This document shows positions 33,076 through 43,007 of a DNA stretch of 64,000 nucleotides, piece by piece. The notes under the pieces were generated by a model. The model did no database searches. It saw nothing but the letters and a program-made list of their open reading frames with translations, and was not told the origin of the DNA. The stretch spans positions 32,001-96,000 of the forward strand of contig CAWFFU010000011.1 of NCBI GenBank assembly GCA_963815215.1, written 5' to 3'. How positions within the stretch are numbered: position 1 is the stretch's first letter; each line of letters opens with the position of its first letter. The stretch comes from an uncultured Trueperaceae bacterium (GTDB taxonomy: Bacteria > Deinococcota > Deinococci > Deinococcales > Trueperaceae). The position numbers and the translations under genes were made by a program.

Positions 33076-33759
33076 TCAGCCGGCGTCGATCCCACCGAGG
33101 ATCAACCTGGCGAGGTCACGCGAGATCGACAGATGCTTGTCCCCGAGCGCGACCGTGAGCAGGTCACCGACGGGCTCCTTGGACTGCACGCGCAGCCGCG
33201 TTCCCGGGTGGATACCCAGCTCCGTGACGTAGGCGAGCACCTCGGCGTCCTGGCTGAGGATGCGCGAGACGGTGAACGTCTCGCCCACGGCGACGTCGCA
33301 CAGGCCCGTGCTCGGGGTCGACGGCACGCTTCCGTCGTCGCGCGGGATGGGGTCGCCGTGGGGGTCGTGCGTCGGCCGGCCCAGATGCTCGGCCAGGCGC
33401 TCGGTGAAGCGCACCGACATCACGTGCTCCATCGCCTCCGCCTCCTCGTGGACTTCGTCCCAGCTGTAGCCGAGGTCACGGATCAGGAAGGTTTCGAGCA
33501 GACGGTGTCGGCGGATGAGGCGCAACGCCTCGGCGCGACCGGCGACGCTGAGCTGCGCGCCGTAGTAGCGCCGGTACTCGATGAGCCCCATGCGCTTGAG
33601 CTTGCCGAGCATGCCGGTGACCGACGACGCCGTGACGCCCAAGGCGCGGGCGATATCGCCCGTGGCCGCCGGGCCGTCGCGGGCGATGACCCAGATCGCC
33701 TTCAGGTAGTCGCCGACCGATGTCGACAGCGACGCCTTCCCGGGCTCCACTCTCGTCAC
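33076..33759 (-). CDS. DtxR/MntR-family metal-dependent regulator with FeoA-like domain
   Basis: DYLKAI, RRHRLLETFL, VHEEAEAMEH, DPHGDPIP. Confidence 0.92.
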   Translation of the reverse strand: MTRVEPGKASLSTSVGDYLKAIWVIARDGPAATGDIARALGVTASSVTGMLGKLKRMGLIEYRRYYGAQLSVAGRAEALRLIRRHRLLETFLIRDLGYSWDEVHEEAEAMEHVMSVRFTERLAEHLGRPTHDPHGDPIPRDDGSVPSTPSTGLCDVAVGETFTVSRILSQDAEVLAYVTELGIHPGTRLRVQSKEPVGDLLTVALGDKHLSISRDLARLILGGIDAG

Positions 33760-33767
33760 ACCGAAGT

Positions 33768-34715
33768 CTACGGGCTGCGCCCGGGGGCTGCAACCGGCGT
33801 CGCGCCCTCGTCCGGGCTGCCGTGTGTCCCCTGCAGGAGGTGCTCCGCCAGAGCCCTGGCCGCCCTCGACGCCAGCTCGGGCGGCCGATGGAACAGCGTA
33901 AGGGGCCGCAGCAACGCATCGGAGTCCAGCGGCACCACTCGCAGCGCACCCGTCGCCACCTCCCGACGTACCGCGGACTCGGAGAGGAACCCCGCACCGA
34001 GGCCGGCCAGCACTGCCTGCTTGACGGTGTCGAGACCGGTGGCCTCGAGCGTGGTGGTGAGGTCCACCCCCGCGGCCGACAGCGCACGATCCACCACCTC
34101 GCGGGTGCCCGAGCCGCGCTCGCGACGCACCACTTCCAGTCCCGCCAGGCGAACCAGCGGCAGCGGCTCGCTCGCGGCCAGCGGGTGATCGGGGCGCACC
34201 ACCAGCACCAGCCGATCGATCCCGTAGAGGGCGACCTCGACCTGGGCCGGCGGTTCGCTCACGGGCCCCTCGACGATCGCCAGGTCGGCCTCGCCGCCGG
34301 CGAGTAGGGCGACGGCATCGGCCGAGTTGCGCGTCAACAGTTCGATGCGCAGTCCCGGGTGAGCGGCCCGGAAACGGGCCAGCGCCGAAGGCAGGCGATA
34401 GACGGCCACCGTCATGCTGGAGGCGATCCGAAGGCCGCCCCGAAGCAATCCTCCGAGTTCGTCGGACCAGCGCTGCGCGCCCGCCACCGCGTTCGCCACG
34501 GAGCGCGCGTAGGGCAGGAGCGCCTCACCCGCCTCGGTGAGATGAACGCCGTGACGGTGTCGGCGGTAGAGAGGCTCACCGACGGCTTGGGTGAGCTTCC
34601 GTAGCTGGGCCGACACGGCCGGTTGCGTGCGGTGGAGTCGTTCGGCCGCCGCGGACACGCTACCTGCCTCGGCCACGCGTGCGAACGCTATGAGAGGCTC
34701 AGCTTCGATGCGCAC
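33768..34715 (-). CDS. LysR-family regulator (YeiE/CysL-like)
   Basis: SVSAAAERLHRTQPAVS, RERGSGTRE; TATAAT 5 nt before GTG. Confidence 0.92.
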   Translation of the reverse strand: MRIEAEPLIAFARVAEAGSVSAAAERLHRTQPAVSAQLRKLTQAVGEPLYRRHRHGVHLTEAGEALLPYARSVANAVAGAQRWSDELGGLLRGGLRIASSMTVAVYRLPSALARFRAAHPGLRIELLTRNSADAVALLAGGEADLAIVEGPVSEPPAQVEVALYGIDRLVLVVRPDHPLAASEPLPLVRLAGLEVVRRERGSGTREVVDRALSAAGVDLTTTLEATGLDTVKQAVLAGLGAGFLSESAVRREVATGALRVVPLDSDALLRPLTLFHRPPELASRAARALAEHLLQGTHGSPDEGATPVAAPGRSP

Positions 34716-34795
34716 GTCCCATTATAAGCTTCACTGATATCTACTACTCGAACCACGACTTTGATTTATGGCGCGCCCGCGACTAGACTCCTCGG
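34716..34795. promoter_or_regulatory. AT-rich divergent control region with two leaderless -10 boxes
   Basis: TATAAT (minus, 34721-34726) and TAGACT (plus, 34784-34789), 5-6 nt from the start codons. Confidence 0.7.
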
Positions 34796-35839
34796 ATGCG
34801 ACTGCTCGCTCGTCCCTCGCTGCCCCCACTCTCCGCCCTCCGCACACTTCCGCGCGGCCTCGTCCTGGCGGGCGCCCTTGCGCTAGTGGCCAGCCTGGTG
34901 GCGCGCCTGCCCGGGCTCGCCACGCTCGGCCCGCTCGGGATCGCCATGATCCTGGGCGTGCTGTGGCGGACTACGGTAGGTCTCGGGAACGCGCTGCTGC
35001 CGGGAACGACCTTCGCCGCCCGCACGTTGCTGCGTGCGGGGGTGGTGCTGCTCGGGGTCCGCCTCGACTTCGCGCTGCTCGTGCACGCCGGGCCGCGCGT
35101 GCTCCTGCTCGATCTGCTGGTCGTCGTCATCGGAACGCTGGCGATGGAGCGCCTCGGCAAGCTGCTGGGGCTCGGACGCGGCGTGCGGCTCGGCCTGGCG
35201 CTCGGATCATGCATCTGCGGCGCGGCCGCCATCGCCGCCGCCGCTCCGATCATCCGCGCCAGCGACGACGATGTCTCGGTCTCGGTCGGCATCGTGAGCC
35301 TGCTGGGAACCGTGGGCGTGATCGGATTCGCCGTGCTCGCCCCGTTGATCGGCATGAGCGTGCAGCGCTACGGCCTCATGACCGGTTCGACGCTGCACGA
35401 GGTGGCCCAGGTCCTGGCCGCCGGCGCCGCCTACGGCGCCCGCGCGCTCGACCTGGCAACCATCACCAAACTGACGCGCGTGGCGCTGCTGGCGCCCACC
35501 CTCCTCGTGGTCGGCGCCATCCTGCATCGTCGCGACGCCTCCGCTACGCTCGGCAGCGACCGCCGTGCGGAGCGCCGACCGCCGCTCCTCCCCGGCTTCC
35601 TGATCGGCTTCCTGGCCCTCGGCGCGCTCCGCAGCGTGGGCTTGGTGGCGGGGCCCCTGGTACCCCTCTTGCAGACCGGCAGCACCGTCCTCATGACGAT
35701 GGCCATGGCCGGGATCGGGCTGGCCGTCGACCTCCGGGTCGTCCGCCGGATCGGTGCGCCGGCCGTGGTGCTGGCGGTGGTCGGCTTCGCTCTCACGCTC
35801 AGCATCGCCTCCGTTGCGACGCTCGGCCTGCCGGGATAA
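34796..35839 (+). CDS. YeiH-family membrane protein (putative sulfate/sulfite exporter)
   Basis: LLRAGVVLLG, GSCICGAAAI, GSTLHEVAQV, TKLTRV, MAMAGIGL; divergent from LysR gene. Confidence 0.9.
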   Translation: MRLLARPSLPPLSALRTLPRGLVLAGALALVASLVARLPGLATLGPLGIAMILGVLWRTTVGLGNALLPGTTFAARTLLRAGVVLLGVRLDFALLVHAGPRVLLLDLLVVVIGTLAMERLGKLLGLGRGVRLGLALGSCICGAAAIAAAAPIIRASDDDVSVSVGIVSLLGTVGVIGFAVLAPLIGMSVQRYGLMTGSTLHEVAQVLAAGAAYGARALDLATITKLTRVALLAPTLLVVGAILHRRDASATLGSDRRAERRPPLLPGFLIGFLALGALRSVGLVAGPLVPLLQTGSTVLMTMAMAGIGLAVDLRVVRRIGAPAVVLAVVGFALTLSIASVATLGLPG

Positions 35840-35989
35840 CGATGCCGAGCGCCACCCGCGTGTTGGCATCGACCGCGGGGACCGTCGAAGCATCGCCGCA
35901 CCCCTCCGAGAGATACCCCCCATAGGTATTCAACATGACAGATCGGCCGTGCCGCCGGGTGCTAGCCTTGAGCACGGATGGAGGGTGCC

Positions 35990-37015
35990 ATGCCCAAGAA
36001 CGAGCAGCACCACGACGTCGTGATCATCGGCGGCGGACCGGCGGGGCTCACCGCCGGCATCTACGCCGGGCGCGGCCAGCTCGACACCGTGATCATCGAG
36101 AAGGGCCTTCCCGGCGGGCAGATCGCCCAGACGGACGAGGTCGAGAACTACGCCGGCTTCCCCGAAGGCATCACCGGGCCCGAGTTGTCGCAGCGGATGG
36201 TCCAGCAGGCGGAGAAGTTCGGAGCGTCCATCGTGATGGACGAGGTGACCGCCGTCGAACGTGAAGCGACGGGCGGGTTCGTGGTGCGCGGCTACGACGC
36301 CGATTACCACGCGCGGTCGGTCATCGTCGCAACGGGAGCGAACCCGCGGCGGCTGGGCGTTCCCGGGGAGGACGAGTTCTACGGGCGCGGCGTCTCCACC
36401 TGCGCGACCTGCGACGGGTTCTTCTACCGCGGTAAGCGCGTGGTCGTGGTCGGCGGCGGTGACGCGGCCGTCGAGGAGGGCACCTTCCTGACGAAGTTCG
36501 CCGACACGGTCACGATCGTGCACCGGCGGGACGAGCTCCGGGCCCACAAGGCCGCACAGGAGCGCGCCCTGGCCAACCCGAAGATGCGCTTCGTGTGGGA
36601 CACCGTGGTCACCGAGGTCCTCGGCGAGGACGGTCAGGTGAGCGGGGTGCGCACCCGCAACGTGGTGACGGGTGAGGAGGGCGTACTCGACACCGACGGC
36701 GTGTTCGTCTACATCGGCCACGTTCCGAACACCGGCTTCGTGGAGGGTGCGGTGCGCCTGCGTGAGAGTGGGTACATCGACGTCCGCGATGAGATCTATA
36801 CCGACGTCGAGGGGCTCTTCGCTGCCGGCGACGTCTCCGACGAGGTCTACCGTCAGCTCGGGACGTCGGTCGGAGCCGGCACGCGCGCGGCCATGGCCGC
36901 CGAGCGCTGGCTGGCCGAGCAGGACCTCCCCGCCGCCGTCCGGCCCGTCAAGGAGTCGGCGCCGTCCGAGGCCCGCGCCACACTCGCGTTCAACGTGCCG
37001 GTGCGGGAGGCCTGA
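35990..37015 (+). CDS. trxB: Thioredoxin-disulfide reductase
   Basis: [41 protein letters not shown]. Confidence 0.95.
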   Translation: MPKNEQHHDVVIIGGGPAGLTAGIYAGRGQLDTVIIEKGLPGGQIAQTDEVENYAGFPEGITGPELSQRMVQQAEKFGASIVMDEVTAVEREATGGFVVRGYDADYHARSVIVATGANPRRLGVPGEDEFYGRGVSTCATCDGFFYRGKRVVVVGGGDAAVEEGTFLTKFADTVTIVHRRDELRAHKAAQERALANPKMRFVWDTVVTEVLGEDGQVSGVRTRNVVTGEEGVLDTDGVFVYIGHVPNTGFVEGAVRLRESGYIDVRDEIYTDVEGLFAAGDVSDEVYRQLGTSVGAGTRAAMAAERWLAEQDLPAAVRPVKESAPSEARATLAFNVPVREA

Positions 37016-37034
37016 GCGCTCGAGATACCGTGCG

Positions 37035-38084
37035 TCAGCGCGGCAGGAAGTCGTAGAAGAGGAACGATCCGCGGTAGGAGGTCGCCAGCACATGGCCGTC
37101 GGTCCACAGGGGGGTGCCGACGGCCTCCCGCCACGCCCTGCCGTCGCTCGCGGTCAGCGTGATGAAGGTGCCGTCCGCCTTCGCGGTCCAGCCATCGCCC
37201 GTCAGCGGGGCCGCCGACGGCGCCTGTAGCGCCAACGCCGCACCCTTGGGCGCGACCGGCAACTCGCCTTTCTCGAGCCCCAGGTACTGGACCGGGCCCT
37301 GTTGGGTCATGCCCAACTCAGGGACGCCCAGCGCCAGCAGCCTGCTCGTCTCGTTGCCGCTCTGCCCCACCGTGACGCGCTCCAGGACCACCAAACGCGG
37401 CGCGGCGTCGGGCTGGGGACGGTAGACGGTCGCCTTGACATCCGACAGCGGCAGGCCGAGACCGTCTGCGACCAGCGAAAGCACGGAAGCCTCGAACGCG
37501 TCCCGGGCCTCACTGCTGTCCTGCTGATAGCTGTCGGGCCACAACGCCAGGTTACGTAGGCGCGTGATACTTCCGTCCGCTGCCGGTACCGCCAGCCACG
37601 CGTCGAACGAGTCGACCTGGTCGCCCTCCAGAGTGACGTAGCGGGCCTCCGTCAACGGGGCCGACTGCTGAAGCCGCACCGCCACCCCGCTGCGCCAGGG
37701 AAGCACCGTCACATCCCGCCCGTCAGGGATGATGCGCGTCAAGACCCGTGGCGCAAGCGAAACGATCCCGGGCGGGATCGCCTCGGCCAGCGCCGGTACC
37801 GGACGCCCCCCGGCGACCGGCGGCATGGAGTCGGCGAACACCAGCGCTGCCTGGCGGTTCGCGAACGCGCCCACCCGCACCCGGAAGACGTCGCCGAGCC
37901 CGGTCGTCGACCGCACCACGTAGGCGGGAAAGCCTTCCGTGTTGAGCTGCGTCTGCAGCGCCAGCGCCGAGTCCTTGTCCGACAGCGCCACCACCTGAAC
38001 GGTGTAGGAGATGGACTGGGCGGAGGCCACCGCCACCCACGCTACGAGTACCGTGAGCGCGGCCGACCGGAGCCGGAACGGCAC
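37035..38084 (-). CDS. Secreted SPOR-domain protein
   Basis: Signal peptide, YTVQVVAL...FRVRVGAF.NR..A; GTG overlaps upstream stop. Confidence 0.75.
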   Translation of the reverse strand: MPFRLRSAALTVLVAWVAVASAQSISYTVQVVALSDKDSALALQTQLNTEGFPAYVVRSTTGLGDVFRVRVGAFANRQAALVFADSMPPVAGGRPVPALAEAIPPGIVSLAPRVLTRIIPDGRDVTVLPWRSGVAVRLQQSAPLTEARYVTLEGDQVDSFDAWLAVPAADGSITRLRNLALWPDSYQQDSSEARDAFEASVLSLVADGLGLPLSDVKATVYRPQPDAAPRLVVLERVTVGQSGNETSRLLALGVPELGMTQQGPVQYLGLEKGELPVAPKGAALALQAPSAAPLTGDGWTAKADGTFITLTASDGRAWREAVGTPLWTDGHVLATSYRGSFLFYDFLPR

Positions 38085-38857
38085 TAGAAGTCCTTCCGCT
38101 CGAACAGGACGACCGAAACGGCCGCGAACGCGGCGCAATACAGAGCGATGAGCGCCGACACCCAGCCCATGTTGGCCACCGGCTTGGCGTAGGCGTTGAG
38201 TTGCGTGGTCAACAGGTACGGGGTGAGGCCGGGGAACACCACCAGGAGTTGCATGAAGATGAGCACCGACAACGTCGCCAGCGCGCCGCCCGCGGCGTTC
38301 ATGAACACCACTGTGAACAGCACTCCGAGCAAGCTCACCGGCACCAGGCTGTAGGCGGCCACCAGATAGGCGCCCGCCACCTCGCGCAGCGCGTGTGCGG
38401 CCTGCATGGTGCCCTGCCCGAGAAGTCCGGCCTGGCCGAGCCCGGTCCCGCCCACGAACGAGCCGTAGCCGTAGGGCGCACCCGCGATCAGGGACACCAC
38501 GAAGAACAGCGCGAGGACCGCGAACGGGTAGACCGATGCGACCAGTAGCTTGGCGAGCAGCCACTGCGAGCGCGATACCGGCCGGAGCAGGACCGTCGGC
38601 AGGGTCCCGTGGGTCAGCTCCATGCCGAGCAACTCCGCGGATGTGATCGCCACCAGCAACGGCAGCAGGAACTGCATACTCGACAGCAGGCTCAAGGCGG
38701 GAACCTGGTAGGCCGACACCAGATAGAAGCCATAGACCGAGTAGATCCCCGGAGCGTAGGCCCACAGGATCGGGAACAGGATGAGCAACACGGCTGAGAA
38801 GCGCACGCTCGCCAGGCGAGCGACCTTGCCGAACTCCATGGCCAGCAGGCTTCTCAC
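38084..38857 (-). CDS. ABC-2 type transporter permease
   Basis: About 6 TMs, E..HGTL..VLLRPVSR..WLLAKL, C-terminal FERKDF. Confidence 0.88.
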   Translation of the reverse strand: MRSLLAMEFGKVARLASVRFSAVLLILFPILWAYAPGIYSVYGFYLVSAYQVPALSLLSSMQFLLPLLVAITSAELLGMELTHGTLPTVLLRPVSRSQWLLAKLLVASVYPFAVLALFFVVSLIAGAPYGYGSFVGGTGLGQAGLLGQGTMQAAHALREVAGAYLVAAYSLVPVSLLGVLFTVVFMNAAGGALATLSVLIFMQLLVVFPGLTPYLLTTQLNAYAKPVANMGWVSALIALYCAAFAAVSVVLFERKDF

Positions 38858-39822
38858 GCCTCGCCCTCCCTCTCCCCGCTCATCCGGGGATCGGCCGGCG
38901 CCCAGGCACCGCTGCGCCGAGAGCGCTCGTTGGAGACCCTCTCGCGGTAGTAGCCGCGCAGGTCGAAGATGTCCCGCGTCAACTCGAACACGGCGATCCC
39001 CGCTTCGGACAGGGCGGCGGTCACGCGGCCGATCACCCCCGCCTCGGCAGGGATGAACACCACTTCCTCGCCCCGCACCGCGGCATGGCGGATCCACGGC
39101 TGGGTCTCGAGCAACGCACGGGCATCGTGCGGCCGATCGACCCAGACGCGGTAGCGCTCGCGTCGGTCGAGCAAGTTCACCTCATCGATGAGCGCCCCCT
39201 CCTCCATGATCGCCACCCGCGTGCAGTAGGCCACCACCTCGTCGAGGTGGTGGGTCGACAGCAGCACCGCCGTTCCAGACGACGCCGCTTCGCGCAGCAC
39301 CGAGTGCACCAGATGAAGGCTGAGCGGGTCCATGCCACTGGCGGGCTCGTCCAGGATCAGCACCTCGGGACGCGTCAGCAACGCTGCCGCTACCCCCAGG
39401 CGTTGCCGCATGCCGAGGCTGTACACGCCCACCCTGCGCTCGGCGGCATTGCCAAGCTCCATCATGTCCAGGACCTCGTCGATGCGCTCGTCCGCGACGC
39501 CGCCGGCCAACCTGCCGTGGAGGTGCAGGTTGCCGCGCCCCGTCAAGTAGGGGTAGAAGGCGGCCGGCGCCTCGACCACGGCCCCGAGCTTGCGCCGCAC
39601 GGCCGGCTCCTGGTGCGGGTCGGTGCCGAGCATGCGCACCGACCCTTCCGAGGGAAAGGCCAGGCCTGCCACCAGCCGGATGACCGTCGTCTTCCCCGCT
39701 CCGTTCGGTCCCACCAATGCGTACACCTCACCCGCGTTGACGGTGAAGCTCATGTCGCGGACGACCGGACGCTTGCCGTATCGCTTGGTCAGGTGGGCGA
39801 CTTCGATCGATGGCGTGGGCAT
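38854..39822 (-). CDS. ABC transporter ATP-binding protein
   Basis: GPNGAGKTT, YSLGMRQRL, ILDEP. Confidence 0.92.
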   Translation of the reverse strand: MPTPSIEVAHLTKRYGKRPVVRDMSFTVNAGEVYALVGPNGAGKTTVIRLVAGLAFPSEGSVRMLGTDPHQEPAVRRKLGAVVEAPAAFYPYLTGRGNLHLHGRLAGGVADERIDEVLDMMELGNAAERRVGVYSLGMRQRLGVAAALLTRPEVLILDEPASGMDPLSLHLVHSVLREAASSGTAVLLSTHHLDEVVAYCTRVAIMEEGALIDEVNLLDRRERYRVWVDRPHDARALLETQPWIRHAAVRGEEVVFIPAEAGVIGRVTAALSEAGIAVFELTRDIFDLRGYYRERVSNERSRRSGAWAPADPRMSGEREGEA

Positions 39823-39921
39823 GGGGTTCCTCGGCGAAAGTGTACGTCCTGACGGTCCATTGGCACGGTTAATTCTTCATCACGCCGCCGCCGGCGCCAT
39901 CCCTGTGGGCGTTCTCCGCTC

Positions 39922-41397
39922 TCAGGCCGACCCTTCCTGAGGCGCGCCCACCATCCCGTCTTGCTCCACCAGCATGACGTCCAACACGTGCTCGATGGTC
40001 TTCTCGACGGCGCGGTCGAAGTCGGAGGCCTCCACTACGGGCACGCCCTCCAGTTCGGCCTGTTCGACGACGAAATCCTGCAGGATGCGGATCTCCTCGA
40101 AATGCTCCAGGTAGGGCTGCTGGCGGCGGCGGTGGAAGGTCTGCCCCTCTCGCACGCCGAAGTGACGCCGGTGGTCCTCCTCGTCGGCGACCGCCATCAC
40201 CACCTTGATGAGGATGGCGTCCGGCGTCTCGCGGCTGGGCGCGATGCCGGGGACCAGATGCGCTCCCTCCATCACCAGCGAAGTGGCCTCCGTGACATTG
40301 CGATCGATGATGGCGCACACCGCCGGATCGAGCTGCTGGACCTGCGCCAGGAACCCGCGCAACACGCGCTTACGCTTGGGCCTGACGGTGTCGCGCTCAC
40401 TCGGAAGAAGCTCCGCGCGCCAGGCGGAATAGCTGGAGCTGTGCAGCACCGGGCTCAGATCGGGCCCGATGAGCGACCGCAGCGCCTGGCGCACCGAGTC
40501 GGTCGACACGTTACGTGGGATGCCCAGCCGGTACCCGACCTCCGAGGCGATCGCGGACTTCCCGACCCCGGGCGCGCCCCCGACCACCAGGATGATCGGC
40601 CGGTCGGGCCGTCGCACCGCCCGCATCAGGTCGTAGCGCCGGGCGAACTCATCGCCCGCCTCGTCGCGAAGCAGCCGGCACGCCTCACGACGCACCTCAA
40701 CGCGCTGCACGATCGGCTGCTCCGAGCGGTACAGCGCCTCCTCCACCCGCTTCGCCAGGTTGTGGGAGAACTCCGGTCCCAGGCCGACGGCCATCACTGA
40801 CTGCGCCAGGATCCCGCGCGAGAAGGGCATCTCTACGCCGTCCTCCTCGACCACCTTGAGCTCGAGGCTCTGGCGCGTCAACGCCTCGTAGCGTAGGCGC
40901 AGGTCACGGCCGTAGCGACCCTCCAACGCGACCGCCACGCGCCGCGCCAGCTCCGCCTGGGGGATGCGCTCCACCCCCTCGGCGCGCAGCCCCTGTTCGA
41001 CGAGATTGGCAACGGAGTGCGCTTCCTTGAAGCCGAGGTCGAGCTTCTCCAGCGACGCCATCAGGGTGCGGCGGGAGAACGGCTCCTGATCTCCGTCGAC
41101 GTCGATCAGCAAGGGCACGAAGGGAGGTGTCTGGTGACCGAGCCGTTGCGCAACCTCGGGCGCGACGCGCTCCTCCACCATGGCGGCGAGCATGTCCATG
41201 AGCTCAGCCAGGTCGATCCGGCGCGTCCCAGCCTCGCGGAGCCGACGCTCCGCCTCTCGCGCCATGCGGATGGCCTCGTCTGTGAGGACGCCGGCCGACT
41301 GCAGCGCCTCCACCACCTCGCCGGTGGTGTAGACGTAGGCCTCGTCGCCGCGGATCACACGAAGATCGCGCCGCTTCACCTGCTGGCTCCTCTCCAC
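39922..41397 (-). CDS. ATP-cone-containing 2-phosphoglycerate kinase-like P-loop protein
   Basis: Repeated PFSR/ATP-cone-like segments; GGAPGVGKS, STDSVRQ.LR, EGAHLVPG, HRRHF..R. Confidence 0.8.
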   Translation of the reverse strand: MERSQQVKRRDLRVIRGDEAYVYTTGEVVEALQSAGVLTDEAIRMAREAERRLREAGTRRIDLAELMDMLAAMVEERVAPEVAQRLGHQTPPFVPLLIDVDGDQEPFSRRTLMASLEKLDLGFKEAHSVANLVEQGLRAEGVERIPQAELARRVAVALEGRYGRDLRLRYEALTRQSLELKVVEEDGVEMPFSRGILAQSVMAVGLGPEFSHNLAKRVEEALYRSEQPIVQRVEVRREACRLLRDEAGDEFARRYDLMRAVRRPDRPIILVVGGAPGVGKSAIASEVGYRLGIPRNVSTDSVRQALRSLIGPDLSPVLHSSSYSAWRAELLPSERDTVRPKRKRVLRGFLAQVQQLDPAVCAIIDRNVTEATSLVMEGAHLVPGIAPSRETPDAILIKVVMAVADEEDHRRHFGVREGQTFHRRRQQPYLEHFEEIRILQDFVVEQAELEGVPVVEASDFDRAVEKTIEHVLDVMLVEQDGMVGAPQEGSA

Positions 41398-41437
41398 TCG
41401 AACACGCCCTCAGGCGACACCGGAATCGTCTGCGAGG

Positions 41438-42022
41438 CTACCACGGATCGAAAGGGTCCTCGGAACGGCCCTCAAGCACGTCCAGCAGGTTCTTCACGAC
41501 GTTCCCGGTGAAACCCCAGATCTCGCGGCCCTGCCAGGGGTAGGTGTAGATGCGTCTGCGGTACTCGCGCAGCTGCCGCACCTCCGTGCGAGGCTCGATG
41601 GCAGCGAGAGCGCTCAGCGGGGCGGTGAATACGTCGGCGACCTCCCGCGGGTTCACCGCGAGCGGTTGGGGCCAGGGGATGCGCGCCACCACCGGCGTGG
41701 CGACGTAACCGGCGGGGGACGGATGGTCGCTGAGGACGCCGAGCACCGCCTCGGCCGGCACACGCAGCCCCACCTCCTCCTCGGTCTCGCGCAACGCGGC
41801 TTCCACCAACGCCTCGCCATCCTCCATGCGGCCGCCGGGGAACGCGATCTGGCCGGCATGGTTGGAGAGGGACGAGGAGCGCACCGTGAACAGCAACTCG
41901 AGCCCGCCGGGGGCCTCGAGCAGCGGCACCAGCACGGCCGCCCGCCGGAACCCGGGGATCTCCATCACGACCCGCTCCATACGCTCGAGCCGCTCCTTCA
42001 GCCCCTGGAGCGTCGGAGTCAC
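41438..42022 (-). CDS. Nudix CoA pyrophosphatase (NudL-like)
   Basis: AAVLVPL, HAGQIAFPGG, AALRETEEEVG, IWGFTG. Confidence 0.92.
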   Translation of the reverse strand: MTPTLQGLKERLERMERVVMEIPGFRRAAVLVPLLEAPGGLELLFTVRSSSLSNHAGQIAFPGGRMEDGEALVEAALRETEEEVGLRVPAEAVLGVLSDHPSPAGYVATPVVARIPWPQPLAVNPREVADVFTAPLSALAAIEPRTEVRQLREYRRRIYTYPWQGREIWGFTGNVVKNLLDVLEGRSEDPFDPW

Positions 42023-42154
42023 GTGCGCCCCGTACAGCGTCGAACGGCGGAATCCACGACCATGCCGTCAGGATATCCCGGCCGCGGGAGGCGGCCCGTC
42101 GCTGCCCGTCCCCGGCAGACGCCACCGAGGCACCGTCCGCCGGACGAGCGAACG

Positions 42155-42964
42155 CTATCCGCGCGCCACCCCGATGAAGGCCCAGTGCCGCCCCGTCACG
42201 CCCGCGTCGCGCCGGTGGCTGAAGTAGTCCTCCGGCTGGCAGTGGGTGCAGATGTCGGCGCTCCAGATCCGCTCGGCCGGAACGCCCGCCTGCTGCAACG
42301 ACCAGCGGTTGGCCGTCACCAGGTCGAGCCGGTGTCGCCCGTCGTCGTCCGGCATCGCCACCTGAGGCGGGAAGTCCGCGCTCCGATAGGCGTCCACGAC
42401 CTCGGGCCCGACCTGATAGCAGGCGCCACGGATCCCCGGCCCGATGGCGACGCGAAGGTCGGCCGGGCGGCTGCCGAAGCGTTCCACCATGTGCCGGACG
42501 ACGGTCCCCGCCAACCCGGCCACGGTGCCACGCCAACCGCAATGCGCCGCGGCCACCGCGCCCCGCACCGGGTCATGGAACAGTAGCGGGAAGCAGTCGG
42601 CGACGCTCACCACCAGCAGGCGACCCGGCACGTCGGTGGCGGCCGCGTCAGCGCTCTCCGCGAACCAGGTCGCGTCACCGCTCAGCACGCGGTCGCCGTG
42701 CACCTGGTCGAAGGCGCAGACGTCCGACCGTGCGAAGCCGAGCGCGGCCAGCAGGCGGTCCCGGTTGGCCTCCACCGCCTCGCGAGCGTCGCCCGAGCTC
42801 AGGCCCAGGTTCAGCGACCGGTACGGCCCGTCGCTCACACCTCCGCCGCGCAGCGTGAAGCCGTGAGGCCAGGGCAGGTCGGGCGCCGTGAGGACGACGA
42901 CAGGGGTGCCGGCTGGGTCGCCGGCTCGGTCGCTGCGGGTCGACGTCAGCTCGCGCAGAGGCAT
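42155..42964 (-). CDS. pgeF: YfiH/PgeF-family protein (purine nucleoside phosphorylase/laccase-like)
   Basis: SLNLG, QVHG, VADC.P, HCGWRG, GPGI..ACYQVG, FSHRR. Confidence 0.92.
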   Translation of the reverse strand: MPLRELTSTRSDRAGDPAGTPVVVLTAPDLPWPHGFTLRGGGVSDGPYRSLNLGLSSGDAREAVEANRDRLLAALGFARSDVCAFDQVHGDRVLSGDATWFAESADAAATDVPGRLLVVSVADCFPLLFHDPVRGAVAAAHCGWRGTVAGLAGTVVRHMVERFGSRPADLRVAIGPGIRGACYQVGPEVVDAYRSADFPPQVAMPDDDGRHRLDLVTANRWSLQQAGVPAERIWSADICTHCQPEDYFSHRRDAGVTGRHWAFIGVARG

Positions 42965-43007
42965 GCGTCGATGCTAGCGCGAAGCGCGGGCCCCATGCGC
43001 CGCCGGC

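Noticed and set aside
33768..35839. LysR-yeiH pair as a new system
   Set aside because: A well-known conserved arrangement (yeiE-yeiH type).
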